Shown: piece by piece, positions 48,770-62,099 of the stretch
Numbering within the stretch: the stretch's first letter is position 1
Layout of the letters: each line of letters begins with the position of its first letter
DNA from: Octopus vulgaris
Lineage: Eukaryota
Length of the DNA: 64,000 bases
Reading direction: 5' to 3'
NCBI GenBank assembly: GCA_951406725.2
Contig: OX597815.1
Span: 27,714,001-27,778,000 of the forward strand
Translations under genes and position numbers: made by a program
The notes under the pieces: model-generated
What the model was told of the DNA's origin: nothing
Seen by the model: the letters and a program-made list of their open reading frames with translations, nothing else
Database searches by the model: none

Positions 48770-51700
48770 CAAACACAAATATATATATACACATAAATAT
48801 ATATATATATACTCATATATATACACACACACACATATATAAAAGTTGATAGGGAGAATTCACAAAAAAACAAAAGACGAAGACAGGTGGTGTAGACGAC
48901 AAACAGATATATTAGTTTAACACTTGGGAAGTGAAAAAGTCTTTAACATTTCAAGCCTATGCTCTTCCACAGAAAGGAACGCAGAAAGAAACAGGGAGAG
49001 AAAATAAAGAATGTGTAGTGGCTAGCAATCTGTCATACACACATGCACATAAATACATGTGGATTGAGGAGGGAGCTTTTGAGCCAAAGTAACTGGGAGT
49101 CAATATTGAGAGAGGTGAGTGACTTTTGGAGTAAAGTTTCAGTAAAGAGAAACCTGGACAGTATAGGATGGATTAGGTATTAAAAAATTTGTGTCTTGGA
49201 GAACAGGTTGCGAGGTTTGCATTTTAGGAAGATGAATAGGATATACAGCCTGAGAAGAAATCCACAAACATATATTCATATAAATACACACAAATATATT
49301 ACAGATATAAATAAATGCACACATACACACACAGTACACATATGTAACTGAGAAGCCAGATAGATTTTTTTACTCACCAGGAAAAGGGATAGACAATATA
49401 TGAAGTCTTACTCTTGCAAAGAATGTAACACCAAAGACAGACTGTTCGTTAGTGACTTCAAAATAAGAACTAGACAGGCTCAGAAACAAAAATGCAATAG
49501 AGAAGAACATGGAGGTTAAAGAACCATCAAACAGAAGTAGGTTCAGAGAAGTATTATTTGACAAACATGATGACAGAAACTTATAGCAGAGAGGACAACT
49601 GTTTTTTTTCTTCTTTTTTTCAACTTCTTAATCTACTGACAGCAACAGACCTGATCTATGGTTGGTGGAAGGTGTCAACCAAAAATTCAGTATATGTATG
49701 CATGCAAGTGTATGTATACATTTGTTGGTATGTTTTGTTTATCATCTTTTTTCCTCATGATAGATTGTCTTAGGTGGGAGGTAATTAAGGCAGGATTTTT
49801 ATTACACTCTCGAAGTGGTTGGCGTGAGGAAGGGCATCCAGCTGTAGAAACTCTGCCAGATCAAGATTGGAGCCTGGTGCAGCCATCTGGTTCGCCAGCC
49901 CTCAGTCAAAATCGTCCAACCCATGCATGGAAAGCGGACGTTAAACAATGATGATGATATTCTTCCTGTTGTCAACCCTTGTGAGGTTTTGAAGATAGAG
50001 ATTTTGCTTTTTTTATTTCAAAGGAATTTGAAAGCACAGAGGTAGCAGATGATTTGTTGATGTGAAATATTGACAAACATCACCATTACAGCCCTGCACA
50101 AATTGTGATATCACTATTTGTAGCTAAAATTCAGGGTAGATCATGAATAGGCACATACAGCATCATCTCTAAAAGGCTCGGTTAGCATATAGTTATATAT
50201 ACACAGAAGACTTCTTTCAGTTTCCATCTGAGCCTGACGTCTTCACTTTGTCCCAAGCTCTTCTCAATCTTCTTCCACAAGTTCCACTCAGTTTGCCACT
50301 CACTCCCTCATCTCTGCACTCTTTAATCACACTTCCTTCGCAATATCCTGTCTCTTATATTATGGCATTTGAACCTCAAGGACATGCCCTGGCACTTGCC
50401 ACCATCTTTATCTCTCTCTTCCTTTACTCAACCATCCTATTTATATTCTGATCCCTGTTCCTTGTGAGTATGCCTGGCATTTTGCCACCATCTCTATCCT
50501 GCTTTCTCCCACTCTCTCCTTCTCCTGCACTTCCCTCAGGTTGGGTAACCATATATTTCCTTTGTGGTAGAACACCTATTTCTGTCTTCATTCCTGATCT
50601 CACTCTCTCACTGGCCAGGCAACCTTGTACTTCCTCTACAGCAAAAGACCTGTTTCTGTTTCACTATAACTTTTCATCATCCAACACAAAATCATCTCCT
50701 CCAATGCCCCCTCCCCTCTTGAAAGTTATTTTCTTTTGTCTTGCAAGTACTTTGCGACCCTGTAAATGCAGGTGCCACTTAAAAGCACCCAGCCCACATT
50801 GTAAAGTGGTTGATGTTTGGAAGGGCATCCAACTGTAAAAACCTTGCCAAAACTGACCTTGCCTGTGTTTGTGCCATGTAAAAAGCACTAAGTTCACTCT
50901 GCTGAGTGGTTGGCGTTAGGAAGGGAACCCAGCTGTAAAAATCCTGCCAAAACAGTCACAGAAGTCTGGTGCTGGCTTCTGCTTGGCCAGTTCTTGTGAA
51001 CACATTCCACCTATGCTAGCATGGAAGGCAGACGTTAAACGATGATGATAATGACTAGTATAACAACAGTATCAGCTACTAAAATAGCAGTACAGCAAAT
51101 GCTTTGGAAATAAGCAACTTGAGAGACATCAAATTGATGCACCAAGTTACAAAAGTAACAGAACAATAAGTACAACTAGTTAGAAAAAAAAAAAGCTTAG
51201 ATGAGATGCAGTTCAGATTTGTGCTATGAAGTGGATACCACTGACACCCTCTTCCTAGTGAGGCAACTAAAGAAGTTCTTTGTACAGAACAAGTCACTAT
51301 AGCTAGCACTCATCAACCTGTAGAAGGCCTTTGCACTGTAATCTGGGGATCACTACAGAAACAAAATGCTGATGGACAACTTGTAAAAACTGAGAAAGCC
51401 ATGAATAGAGGTGCTATTAGCAAAGAGAAAGTTTGCAGTGTGTTCAGCAAAGAATTTAAATGTAGTTAGGTGTCCATAACAAAAGAGTTTGAACCTAAAT
51501 GTCTCTGAGAACTTCTATTTGAAATGTAAAAGTAAATCTTGAATTGAAAAGTTTTAAGTAAATATTGTAAAGAAAATGTCTTAGAAGAATTTTGTTATGT
51601 GGGAAAAAGATTGGTTTTGCTTTTTATGCAGAAAATAACAGTGATGGGAATGCCATAAGGTGTACACAATATAAATATCTTGTGCACAGGGATGCAGTGG

Positions 51701-52318
51701 GATCAGGGTTAAGCTGACATAGAAGACAGGCTTCATATGTAAAAGACGCACAGAAGTATTAGCTGTAATAGAACCTATAAATAACCTATAAAGCTGATCA
51801 GTCCTGTTATCTACATGCACAAATTAGCAGTGCAAGAAAGTGTTCTGAAAGCATAGTAGCCAGAGTAACAATGAGGTGGAAAAAAGTTTGGAGAGCTATT
51901 ATCTCTGATGGCAACAAAAAGATTCTCTCTCTCCAAATAAGACACAAATTGTATGAAGATTATGTATAAAGTGCAATATTTCACGGTAGAGAGACATGAC
52001 TAGCAAGTGAGGACTACCAGCAAAAGCTAGAAACAAGAGAAGACACAAGTGGGATCCACAAGATGTGTAATACCTGTGACAAGTAAAAGGGAGTACAAAC
52101 AAGCATAGAAGAAAACTAAATGTAAGAGGAAGTTGGTGACGTGTGCTTGAAGGAAGACTAAATCTGGTACCAACACAAGATACACATGAAAGATACAAAG
52201 TGGAGGGAACCTGCAGAAGGGGAAGATAAACTGAAGGCTCAAGAAGCTGATCCACAAAGGAGATGACAAAGGATTGCAAACAGGTACACTGGAGAAGCCT
52301 GCAAAAATGGATGCAAAA

Positions 52319-52355
<37 letters not shown>

Positions 52356-53563
52356 GCACACACATGCATACATATACAAACATATGTATATACACATAAA
52401 CATGTATGCAGGTATATATCATATCATCATTGACATCTCAATGTGTAGAGAATTTGTTTCCACTTTTATGTTCTATGGTGACTATAGAAACCTATTTTTG
52501 ACTTCAAAGATCAAGGATTTAGACACAAGGATTTGAGCACAGCAGAGTTTAAAAGTCACTGTTGTTGGTGTACACACACACACACATACATTTTCAGAAA
52601 GGTGAGCGGCCCTGCAGATATGGACATTTCTTCCAAAATCACTGAGAAAAAGAATATTTAAAGGCAACTGCTTTGAAACTTGCAGCTTAAAAAAATTTTT
52701 TTTACCTTGATTATAAATTTATATCTACAGCTACATTACTGGTGCACTTAATGTTATGTTAGTAAATGTGTATGTAGTAAACACATGGAACTGGTGTTTT
52801 CACATAAAGAAAGAGACCAGCTAACATGCACTTTGTAAGATATATTTTTGAAGTAGAACATAAAAAATATGAAGGCTTTTTGAAAGTTGAACATGCAACA
52901 GTTCACCACCGCTGAAGAGAACTGTCTGTTTCTTTCTTTCTAGGAAGAATTCAAATAATTAATAGAGATAATATACTCACATATACATACATCCATGCAT
53001 ATCTGCATATAAACACAAATATGTACTACATATACAAATATATACATACATACATACATAAATATATGCATACACACATACACAATTATCATTCATTCAT
53101 TTTATCTCTATTTTTCATGCTAGCATGAACTGGATAAATACATGTGAGGCCTTCTTTTACTGCTGGATACCCTTATCTCTTTCTCTCTCCCTATTTCCAT
53201 ATATATAAATGTGTGTGTGTGCATCCACTCATACAAACATATACATGCATATATACAAACATAGACACACACGCACATATAAAGATATATAAACATACAC
53301 ATCTACATTTGGACATATAGACATATACACACACACATATATATATTTGTGTAGGTGTGAATATATTGCTAACATAATAAACACACAAGCACATACAAAA
53401 AAAAAAGGTTGTAACTATTTGCCTGTGTGTATGTGTATACACACATACACACACACACACATATTATACATATATATATATATGTAGATAAGTAGACAGG
53501 TAGATAGATTGATAGTTATAGATGCACACAGCCACCCAACAAGTGTATATGTACACAATACAC

Positions 53564-55062
53564 CTAGTACTGATGACCTCGCATAATATGAGAATAGAAA
53601 CCATACTTGTTGGTACATTGCTTGCCACATACATTGCACACAAAGGGATCAGTATGGCTGTGACAGCCAATATGAATGGAGAAAAGGACTTCATCTTCAA
53701 ACGTAACACCACAATATATACAACGGTTATCTGTTGTCGTTGCTGTACTTGGTTGTTCACTGCCTTCTGATTCACTTGCAATGGACACTGAACGAGAACC
53801 AGTCCGACGTGAGGGCAACAGTTCGCATTGCACTGCTCTCTCAATAAACTGACATCGCCACCGCTTTCGCTCAGGAGCCTCCTCCTGTCCAACATTCAAA
53901 CCTTCGTTTTTAACATTTGGTAGAACACACTGTACTGCAACACTGGATGTTTCCCTCTTCACTGAAGCAGAGTCCACATCAGTCTCGCTACAGTTCTGTG
54001 TCAATGCTATGTCACACATCAAATTACGGTTAGTGACTGGATTTGAAGTGTGAAGTGTGTTTTCCATGTAATTCTTGCCAGAAGATGTTGAAGCTATGTT
54101 TTCCACACTCCCCATGTTTTCTTCAATAGGTGAGTGATATTCAAGCCTAGCATTTGAAGAGTCAGCTATATCACCAGTGCTCTGGCTAACATTAGACATT
54201 GTTCTAAGCTCAACAGATCGATCAAAAGGATTACTAGAATTTTCTAAATAGTCCAATGACTGTCTTTTTGAGGAGGTCGATAAAACAGTTTGAACATCCC
54301 TTGAACAGTCAGGAGTTAGAGTTCTCATGGGAGTAGCTGCAGCGGAACTTGACACATCTGATATTTCCTCACATTCAAAGGGTTCAACTTTCACTTTCAC
54401 TTCCCCTGTATCAGTTACCATGGGTAATGTAGTTGCTGTTGAAGAACCTATAGAAGCTGTTGAAGATGGAGGAAGTGTTGGTGTTGCTGCTGTTGCTGCT
54501 GTAGTATAGAGACTGGATGAGGTAATTGTGCTGGTAACAGGCACTCTTGGTGGTGGAGGGGGACTATTCATAATGGAGGAGACAATAGAACGTAGATAAT
54601 TTGATGCTAAATGTGTGTCTTGATTAGCCTGTTGACTAGCTGATTCATAATGATTATATTGTGTGAAACAGTTGTTAATTGGTGCAGCAGTTGATCGCCT
54701 GAACTGCAGGTTTGGAGATTGCACTGTTGTTAACAACGTATGCAAAGTACTCATACCAAGCGGGTTGCCAGAGGACGTACTCTGATCAACCCCAAAATGC
54801 CGAAAACGGAAACGAGTTGCTTCATAAGTAGGACCTGTAAATGGGACTGTAGCTGAATCTGTTGCTGTGCTATTAGGAGTGTCTACATGCTCCTCACAGT
54901 AATGTTCTCGTATTTTCCGGGGCAAGATTGTTGAATAAGTGCACTTGTCACATTTAAGGACATTCACAGGATTGTTCCTGAGGTGGAGACGTTTGTGACG
55001 GCGAAAGTTACTCTTGTCGTTGGTTGAATAATCACATAGAGGGCACTTCAGAGCTTTAACAC
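53564..55062 (-). CDS. Ikaros/Pegasus-like C2H2 zinc-finger transcription factor, last coding exon
   Basis: ttttccag|GT GTT AAA. Fingers CPLC..HKRLH and CDKC..HYCEEH, a Ser/Thr-rich linker, then the C-terminal pair CIYC..FSIHIGCH..DPFVCNVCG..NKYGFYSHIMRGH, typical of the Ikaros/Hunchback dimerisation fingers. Confidence 0.93.
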
Positions 55063-58000
55063 CTGGAAAAGATGAATAAAAAACAATATTTATAAAAATA
55101 TGATCATTGATTACTTGAACGAAATAATTTAAATAAAACTGATATTTTCACTGTATATTCTAACTTTCTATTTTTTATAATTCAGAACACAAAAGGAATT
55201 TTTGAAGCTGGTGTCATCAGGTAGGAACCAGTAAAATAGCAAAAACTGGTATCTTTACTTCAGTATAAAGCTGGAACATTTCTTGCAATTTAGGACAGTA
55301 CCAGCAAGATGTGAATAATAAAAATATACTATATAAGAGGTCACAGGAAATTTCACTGCAAATTTCTTGTAGTATGATGCAAGCACTATGTGAAGTAAGA
55401 TCCCTACTACTAGGTGAAGCACATTTAACTATTTAAAAGCGAAGGGTTTGACTTAGCTGTTATGTATAGAACAAGCATGTTGTAAAGAAATCTAAAACAA
55501 TGCCTGAAGACATTGATGTAACACTGATACACACCCATGGGGCATCACAAATAGTTATGGATTCATCTACTTGGGTGGAGTCTAAAAAAAAAAAAAAAGA
55601 AAGAACAAAAGTAGAGTAAAACCATAGAAATGCTGAATATTTCAAATATAGGAAGCCAAAGTATATAGAGCTTTGAAGTAAAGAATTTTATTTTCCCATT
55701 TGTATATCATGTTTATCACTACATGTACATGTGTGCTAGTGTGCATATATACATTTAGTGTGTATGCATGCACTAGCACACATACACACTACATACACAT
55801 ATATATATTTTAAAAACTGGTTATGTAAACATTCAAGAACGAACAGAAAAATACAGATCCAGAACAGTGGTTCTTGAACTTTTATGCCTTAGCAATCAGG
55901 CGAGAATGAAGCTGAGTTTGGTATTCAAAAGTGTCCAGGGGTTAAATTAAATTTGTCATATTGCTTGTGACAGTTTTACTTGGATCAGGAAAAGAAGGAG
56001 AAGGCATGAAGAGGAGAGATAGATAATAAAAGAAAGTAAGAAAGAGAAGAAAAAACGTGAGAATGAAAAATGTGAGGACAGAAACAGAGAAAGTTTGCTT
56101 AATTGTAAGAGATTTCCCTAGCAGTTATTGTTGATGAGTGTTCAAGAACCTCTGATCTTGATGTGAAAAGATTTTAAAATAATATTCTCTTTTTTTTTAA
56201 AAAAAGAAAAGAAAAAAAAACAAAGAATACAAAACAAGGGTATGTGATTAAAAAAAAACACATTTGATTATAATTCATACCATCAAACAGGTTTAATACA
56301 ATTCCACACAATAGTTATACATCTGCAGGGTAAGTTACCTTCCTGAAGACACAATTTGGCTTAGGGCCCACATATTTAAAGAGTTGATAACTCAGAGGTT
56401 GATGTGCCAAAATTTATAAGTTGTTTCTTTAAAGCACTACAGAAAGGCAAAATAAAATTTTGTTAAAGTGATTTAAAAAAAAAAAATAAGGGTAAGAAGA
56501 CAAAAAAAAAAACAAAAACACACTCAGGCTCTGAACAAGTAGTCAATATTGCTTTTCGTCTCTAGAAGTGCAGTTATTTTACAACTTCTTCAGCATCAAA
56601 GAGTTAAATTTGTACTCATATGGTTGCATAGTTCATAATATAAATCTTAAAAGGATCTCAATAAATAGTTTTTAAAAGTGAAAATCTAACTAGATTCTTG
56701 CCTCAAATGAAAAAATACACAGAAAAACAATATAAAATCAATGTTCTTAGGATTTCAATTAAGTAATTAACTATTCCTAATTCTTCTTCCATATATATAT
56801 GTGGATGGAGGGAAAAAGATAAATTGTAAAAAAAAATTATTTTCTGTAGCCAATGATACAAATAATATTTGCTGATTTAAAGAGGTGTTTTTGAGAACTA
56901 TACACAAAGTATATTAATGCATGCAATATTCCTGTATTGAACTAGTGTATTAAATATTGAACATATTTAATTTCATTTAAGATATTTGGAAGAAGTAACA
57001 TTTCAATTATGTATCTTCAAATATTATCATGAAAAGTTAAGTGATGTACAGTGCAATGGATCTAGTCTAAATGAGATTTAAGTAAATACGTATTTATTTC
57101 TAGGAACATAAAGATAAATTTACTACAATTTTGCTTCAAAACCAAAAGATTAAGATTAAAAAAAAAAAAATTAAAAAAAGAGAATAAATATACATTTGAT
57201 TAACCACAGCTAAATAATGTCTAGCTTTGTAACTACAAAAATGATAATACAAGACTAAATAAAGCAAGAATGCCATAAATCAAGTGAAGCTTTTGAGTCC
57301 TTAAACCCAACCTAGCATTGGGTAACAGAGTTATTGTTCAAAAGAAGTACTGAGTGAAGGAAACAACTGGTATCTCCATTAAAATTGTCAGTAAAACAAA
57401 TAAAGGCAACACACAAAATTTTTAAATGAAAAACAAAATCCATGCATTAAATAAATTCAGTTGCATATCTGAATCAAAATTACATTGACTACAAACACAA
57501 GATTGAATTCCACTGTTTATTATGAATAATAATCGGAACTGAGCTGCAGCAACCAGTGTAAAAGAAATGGCAGAACGTAATAAGAAAATGAATAAATTCG
57601 CCAATGATTCTATGAACCCTTTCTCATTACTCAACTGAATGGATTAGAATATTTATCTTACTTAATGATAATATATCAAAATGGAAATCAATTTCACTGC
57701 AAACATCTTAAGTCTATGGACCATATACTTCTGTGACAATGCAATATAAAGTAATTCATCAAACAGAGAAATCACAACAGTACATTGAAAAGAAAATCAG
57801 AATTAGGAACTGTAAAAACACAAAAAAACCCACTATACCAATGTGTTAAAATCACTGCAATAATATCATAGTCAGGAAATGACTGTTGATAAATATCTAA
57901 TGTTATATTTAACTGTAAAATACATGAGCAATATTGGAATAATAATTGCAGAATAGGACTACAACAAATAGCATCTTTCTAAGTAGACTAATAAATAAAA

Positions 58001-58274
58001 CTAGTTCCAAGAATAATAACTGGCTGAGCAACCTAAGTGATTGAAATAAAAGAGTCTCAAGGATATCATGTTGAAAATAGGAAATAAATAGGTTTTGCAG
58101 AAAATCAAATAAATGCTGGCAAAAAGAGGGTTTCGGGTCAAGTTTAGTAATGATACTGACCAGTAACATAGGTAGTAACTTTCTGAACTTTATCCAAATA
58201 TCACCAGTCACTTTATAAAGGTTTTAGTCACACTCCATATCTTTTAAAAAGAATGCTTATTTTTATTGCTACTA

Positions 58275-58475
58275 CAAATCATCATCACCATCATCGTTTA
58301 ATGTCCATTTTCCATGCTAGCATGGGTTGGACGGTTCGACTGGGGTCTGGGAAGCCAGGAGGCTGCACCAGGCTCCAGTCTGATCTGGCAGTGTTTCTAC
58401 AGCTGGATGCCCTTCCTAACGCCAATCACTCTGTGAGTGTAGTAGGTGCTTTTTACGTGCCACCGGCACAGGGTC
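58275..58475 (-). mobile_element. (GAT)n-tailed SINE-like repeat
   Basis: Same family as 26717-27070. Confidence 0.75.
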
Positions 58476-59618
58476 CAGTGATTTTGATTCCTGTACTAGG
58501 CAATATGTTGTGTCCTTGATGTAATTTATTTGCTCAATAAGAAAGGTATATATATGCACAGGGTTAAAAATTTGGAAAATGATAAATAATGTATGCTCCT
58601 TGCTTCAATAAAGAAATTTACTTTGCTGCAGAGATAGCCATATTGTTTTTGTTTCTAATTAAGATAATCACAGATTAGAATAATAAAAAAATTGTAGAAG
58701 GGATTTTATTACTAAAGATATTATAAAAGCTTTAAAATTTCGTAATACTGTTTTTCATTTTGTTTTTCATAGTTTGTATTTTAGTAAGATAAAATGTCTT
58801 AGATGAAAATATAGCAAAGCTATCATCATCATTTAATGTAGGTTTTCCATGCTGGCATGGGTTGGATGGTTTGCCAGGATCTGACAAGCTCCATTTTAAA
58901 AAAAATTGAAATCATTAACCTATATGTTAAAACAGAAGATTTGACATGGCTAAAGTAATACCAAAAATAATGTGAAATGTAATATAAGCTATGTAATTGA
59001 ACAATATAAAAGACAGCAATCTAGTAAAATGTAACGGGCTGTTATAAATCTGTGGATAAAACAGCTATCTATGTTTTCCCCGAACTCAGAGAACTTTTTA
59101 TGAAAGCAAGAAGGAAGTAGAAAATATCAAAAGACATTTAAAAGGGAGTAAACAAAATATAACTAATGATAGAAATAGCAAGGAAGTATTGTAAATGCAA
59201 CTAAAATATGTTACATACACTTATGCAGTCCATGATAAAACAACTGCACAAGTTCCCATATTACTACTGTAGAAACACACTATATACATCAAATAAATTA
59301 TCCTCAACCCTATTTTAAAACATTACCAACCAACCTTCTATAGTTATAGTTATACAATATTTCTCAGTTTCTGCAGTTTAAAAAACCGCATCTGCAAGCT
59401 TTGTAAACAAACTTTTTGAGCTTCCTTCAGCTACTACCAATCACATTTAATTGGTATCATGTACTAGAAATTGGTAAAATTTCTGAGATAGCACAGATGT
59501 TTTCAATCATTATATTTCCATATGGATCAAAGCCACCATACAGTACAATGACTAGACAATTGTTATATCTTTTGACAACAAAATATTGTATCAGTCATGT
59601 AGAATCAGGATTCCTTAA

Positions 59619-59823
59619 CCTTTTCGTTACCAACCCGGCTCTTTAGTATAAATGTTTTGTTTTCATAAGTTTTGAATTCAAATCTTCCACCAAATCTTAG
59701 TCACAATTTATGCTCCTAACACTAGCTTAATGATAACAATGTTATTTTACTAAATTCTTTGTTATATTTAAAATAATTGGAAGAAACACAGAGCATCTCA
59801 AAATAAATACAGTAATGAAAGGG
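59619..59823. mobile_element. piggyBac-type MITE (family 2), second copy
   Basis: TTAA|CCTTTTCGTTAC...GTAATGAAAGGG|TTAA, the reverse complement of 31629-31848. Confidence 0.85.
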
Positions 59824-60563
59824 TTAACATCATTCCAAGTAAGGTTATCTCACTGGTATTATGTTAATATTTCTAACATCTTAATATTAAATCTCTTCTA
59901 ATACTGTGTTTCATTTCAGATAATCATTAAGTCCTAAATTTTAATAGTACTTAGATTTTTAAATGAAGACCAAGCCACTTGCACATATTTCCTTAAGAGA
60001 AGATAGTCCTGAACTCTGAACAAAGATGAAAAGTAATGGATAAAACTTAGGAATCCTCTCTTTTCAAAAGACAGGGAACATAATCTAGAGCAAATCTGCA
60101 AAGCCACCATACTGTAAACAGCATTGTCATTTAGATGTAATATTAACTGATCATGGAGCAAGTAAGGAACGGATAATGGAACTAGAGCAAGAATTGCAAG
60201 ACAGGAATTTAAATGTTTTAAGTTAACTTCAAACAGAAACTGTAATAGGTCAAGAAAATTAAAACTAGCCATATCTATTTTTCACTATTTTTAGGGCTAG
60301 GCAAGATGCTAACATGCACAAAACCATTTTTTGTTAAGTGCTAGCCACACCTAAGATAGTAGTTTATTGAAGAAAACCTCTAGTAAACAACAATCATCTA
60401 AGTAAACAAAAAACAAAATAAAAAACAACAAAGAAAAAACAAAACAAGAGGAGGAATAAATAGACCAAAAGATAGAAACAGAGACTATCATAGGATCAGT
60501 AGCTTCAAAGAGTGTAGCACACAACTCAAAGGTTGAGTGAAGAAAAAATTTCTTTCTACTCAC

Positions 60564-60990
60564 CACCATGCTTGGGCATGTGGAGTTGGAGCTGTGTGTA
60601 CTTCATGGTTGAAAAGTTGCAAAATCTACACTTGTAGAGGCGAGCAGCAATAGAGAAACCGGTTGGAGTGACAAGGTTCTCAGGTGATGACCTGTCCTCA
60701 TTGTACTCTTCCAATGGTGAAAAATCTCCCCGGTTCATTTCATACTCACTTCTGGTAGTGTCAAAGTCACTGCGGCTGGCATAGTTCACCACATAGTGCT
60801 GGTCCTGGGAGGAATCCCCATCAAGTGTGATGGTCTGTACTTCATTCAAGTTGTTGTCTTCTGTTGCCGAAGGAACTTCATTGCTTACATCATGACGTGT
60901 CATTCTATTGGATAGTAGGAGTCTAGCAATGGTACTATGTCGGAGTTCCGGCTTGTCATCCCCACTGCTATTATAGGGGTCTTCTTCCAT
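60564..60990 (-). CDS. Ikaros/Pegasus-like gene, upstream coding exon
   Basis: MEEDPY...YKCRFCNFSTMKYTQLQLHMPKHG G|gtgagt, joining in phase to the 55062 exon (HGGVKALKC linker). Acceptor tttgtag| at 60999. The frame stays open to the acceptor, so a further upstream exon may add residues. Confidence 0.9.
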
Positions 60991-62099
60991 ATTGTCTATC
61001 TACAAATATAGAATACATACCCAAAACTATTGGTAGTTGATTATTTCAGCAGATAAATAATGCATAAACAACTACTGAGACTTTATTCCATTAACAATTT
61101 GAAATGAATGGCAATACAATAGATCACACTATTCGAATGATAATGCTCAAAATATCCTTCAAAGTCTCTATACCAGTCATTGCAAACTACTAACATCCTT
61201 ACAATTATGAGCAATTCTTCAGATTTTATATAGGAAAACAAACTGAATTTAGAAATTTCACAATGTTCTTAAATTTTATAGTAAATGACTATGATATCCA
61301 GATGATAATGATACTGAGTTTGCGTGTGTATTTTAAATGAAAACTTGTGTAAACAGAGATGAATAAAGAAAATAAAGAACAGTAGAAGTGCATAGTGATC
61401 TATTTAGTATCAACAGTTAGCTCTAAATATCTTTCAACCAGATGCACACTCTTCCATCTACCATCTGCTACCTCCCACATTCTTTTTAAATTGTTCTGGT
61501 GCTTTACATGTTCTTAAACTGTCAGTTCACTATAACCTATACAAATTTCACTTTGTCTGTTGTAAACTTTTACTTGTTACACAGCCTACATAATATTGAA
61601 TTTCCACCAAATTCTTACTTGAAAGGCATAATTTTTTTTTTTTTTTTTTTTAGTTATTTAGTGCTAATATATTAGTCTTAACCATATTATCTTCAAACTC
61701 CTTGTTTCGAGCTCTTTAAGTTTTCAAAGTTCTGCAGTTTACGGATTGAGATTGCTGTGAAAACAAAATCATTTTTAATACTCATCTATTGAGACTAGCT
61801 ACTGCATTAACTTTGTGAAGTGAGAGCTGCTATAACACATCTTCAAAAATCACATTTAATTATTTGGTCAAAGTGCCCAGCCAATGTTAAATTGCAAACA
61901 TAGGTTTAGGATGTATGTGTGTGTGCGAAACTGCATCCATACACATAAATATGCTGACTTCATAAATTATGGCCTTTCAATGATGAATGTATCTTAAATG
62001 AGAATGTGTGTAGATAAACAGATTAAAGAGAAAGAAAAGTTGAGCAAGCTAGAAGAAGAATTAAGCTCAAATCCTCTGATTAATGTCCATCTTTTATAC

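Noticed and set aside
49370-49564. ORF ending at a donor-like CTG|gtgagt
   Set aside because: No acceptor or partner exon was found, and no recognisable protein.
53464-53895. Overlapping 143-aa alternative-frame ORF at the zinc-finger gene's 3' end
   Set aside because: Non-ATG start, runs into microsatellite, and is a shadow of the real CDS.
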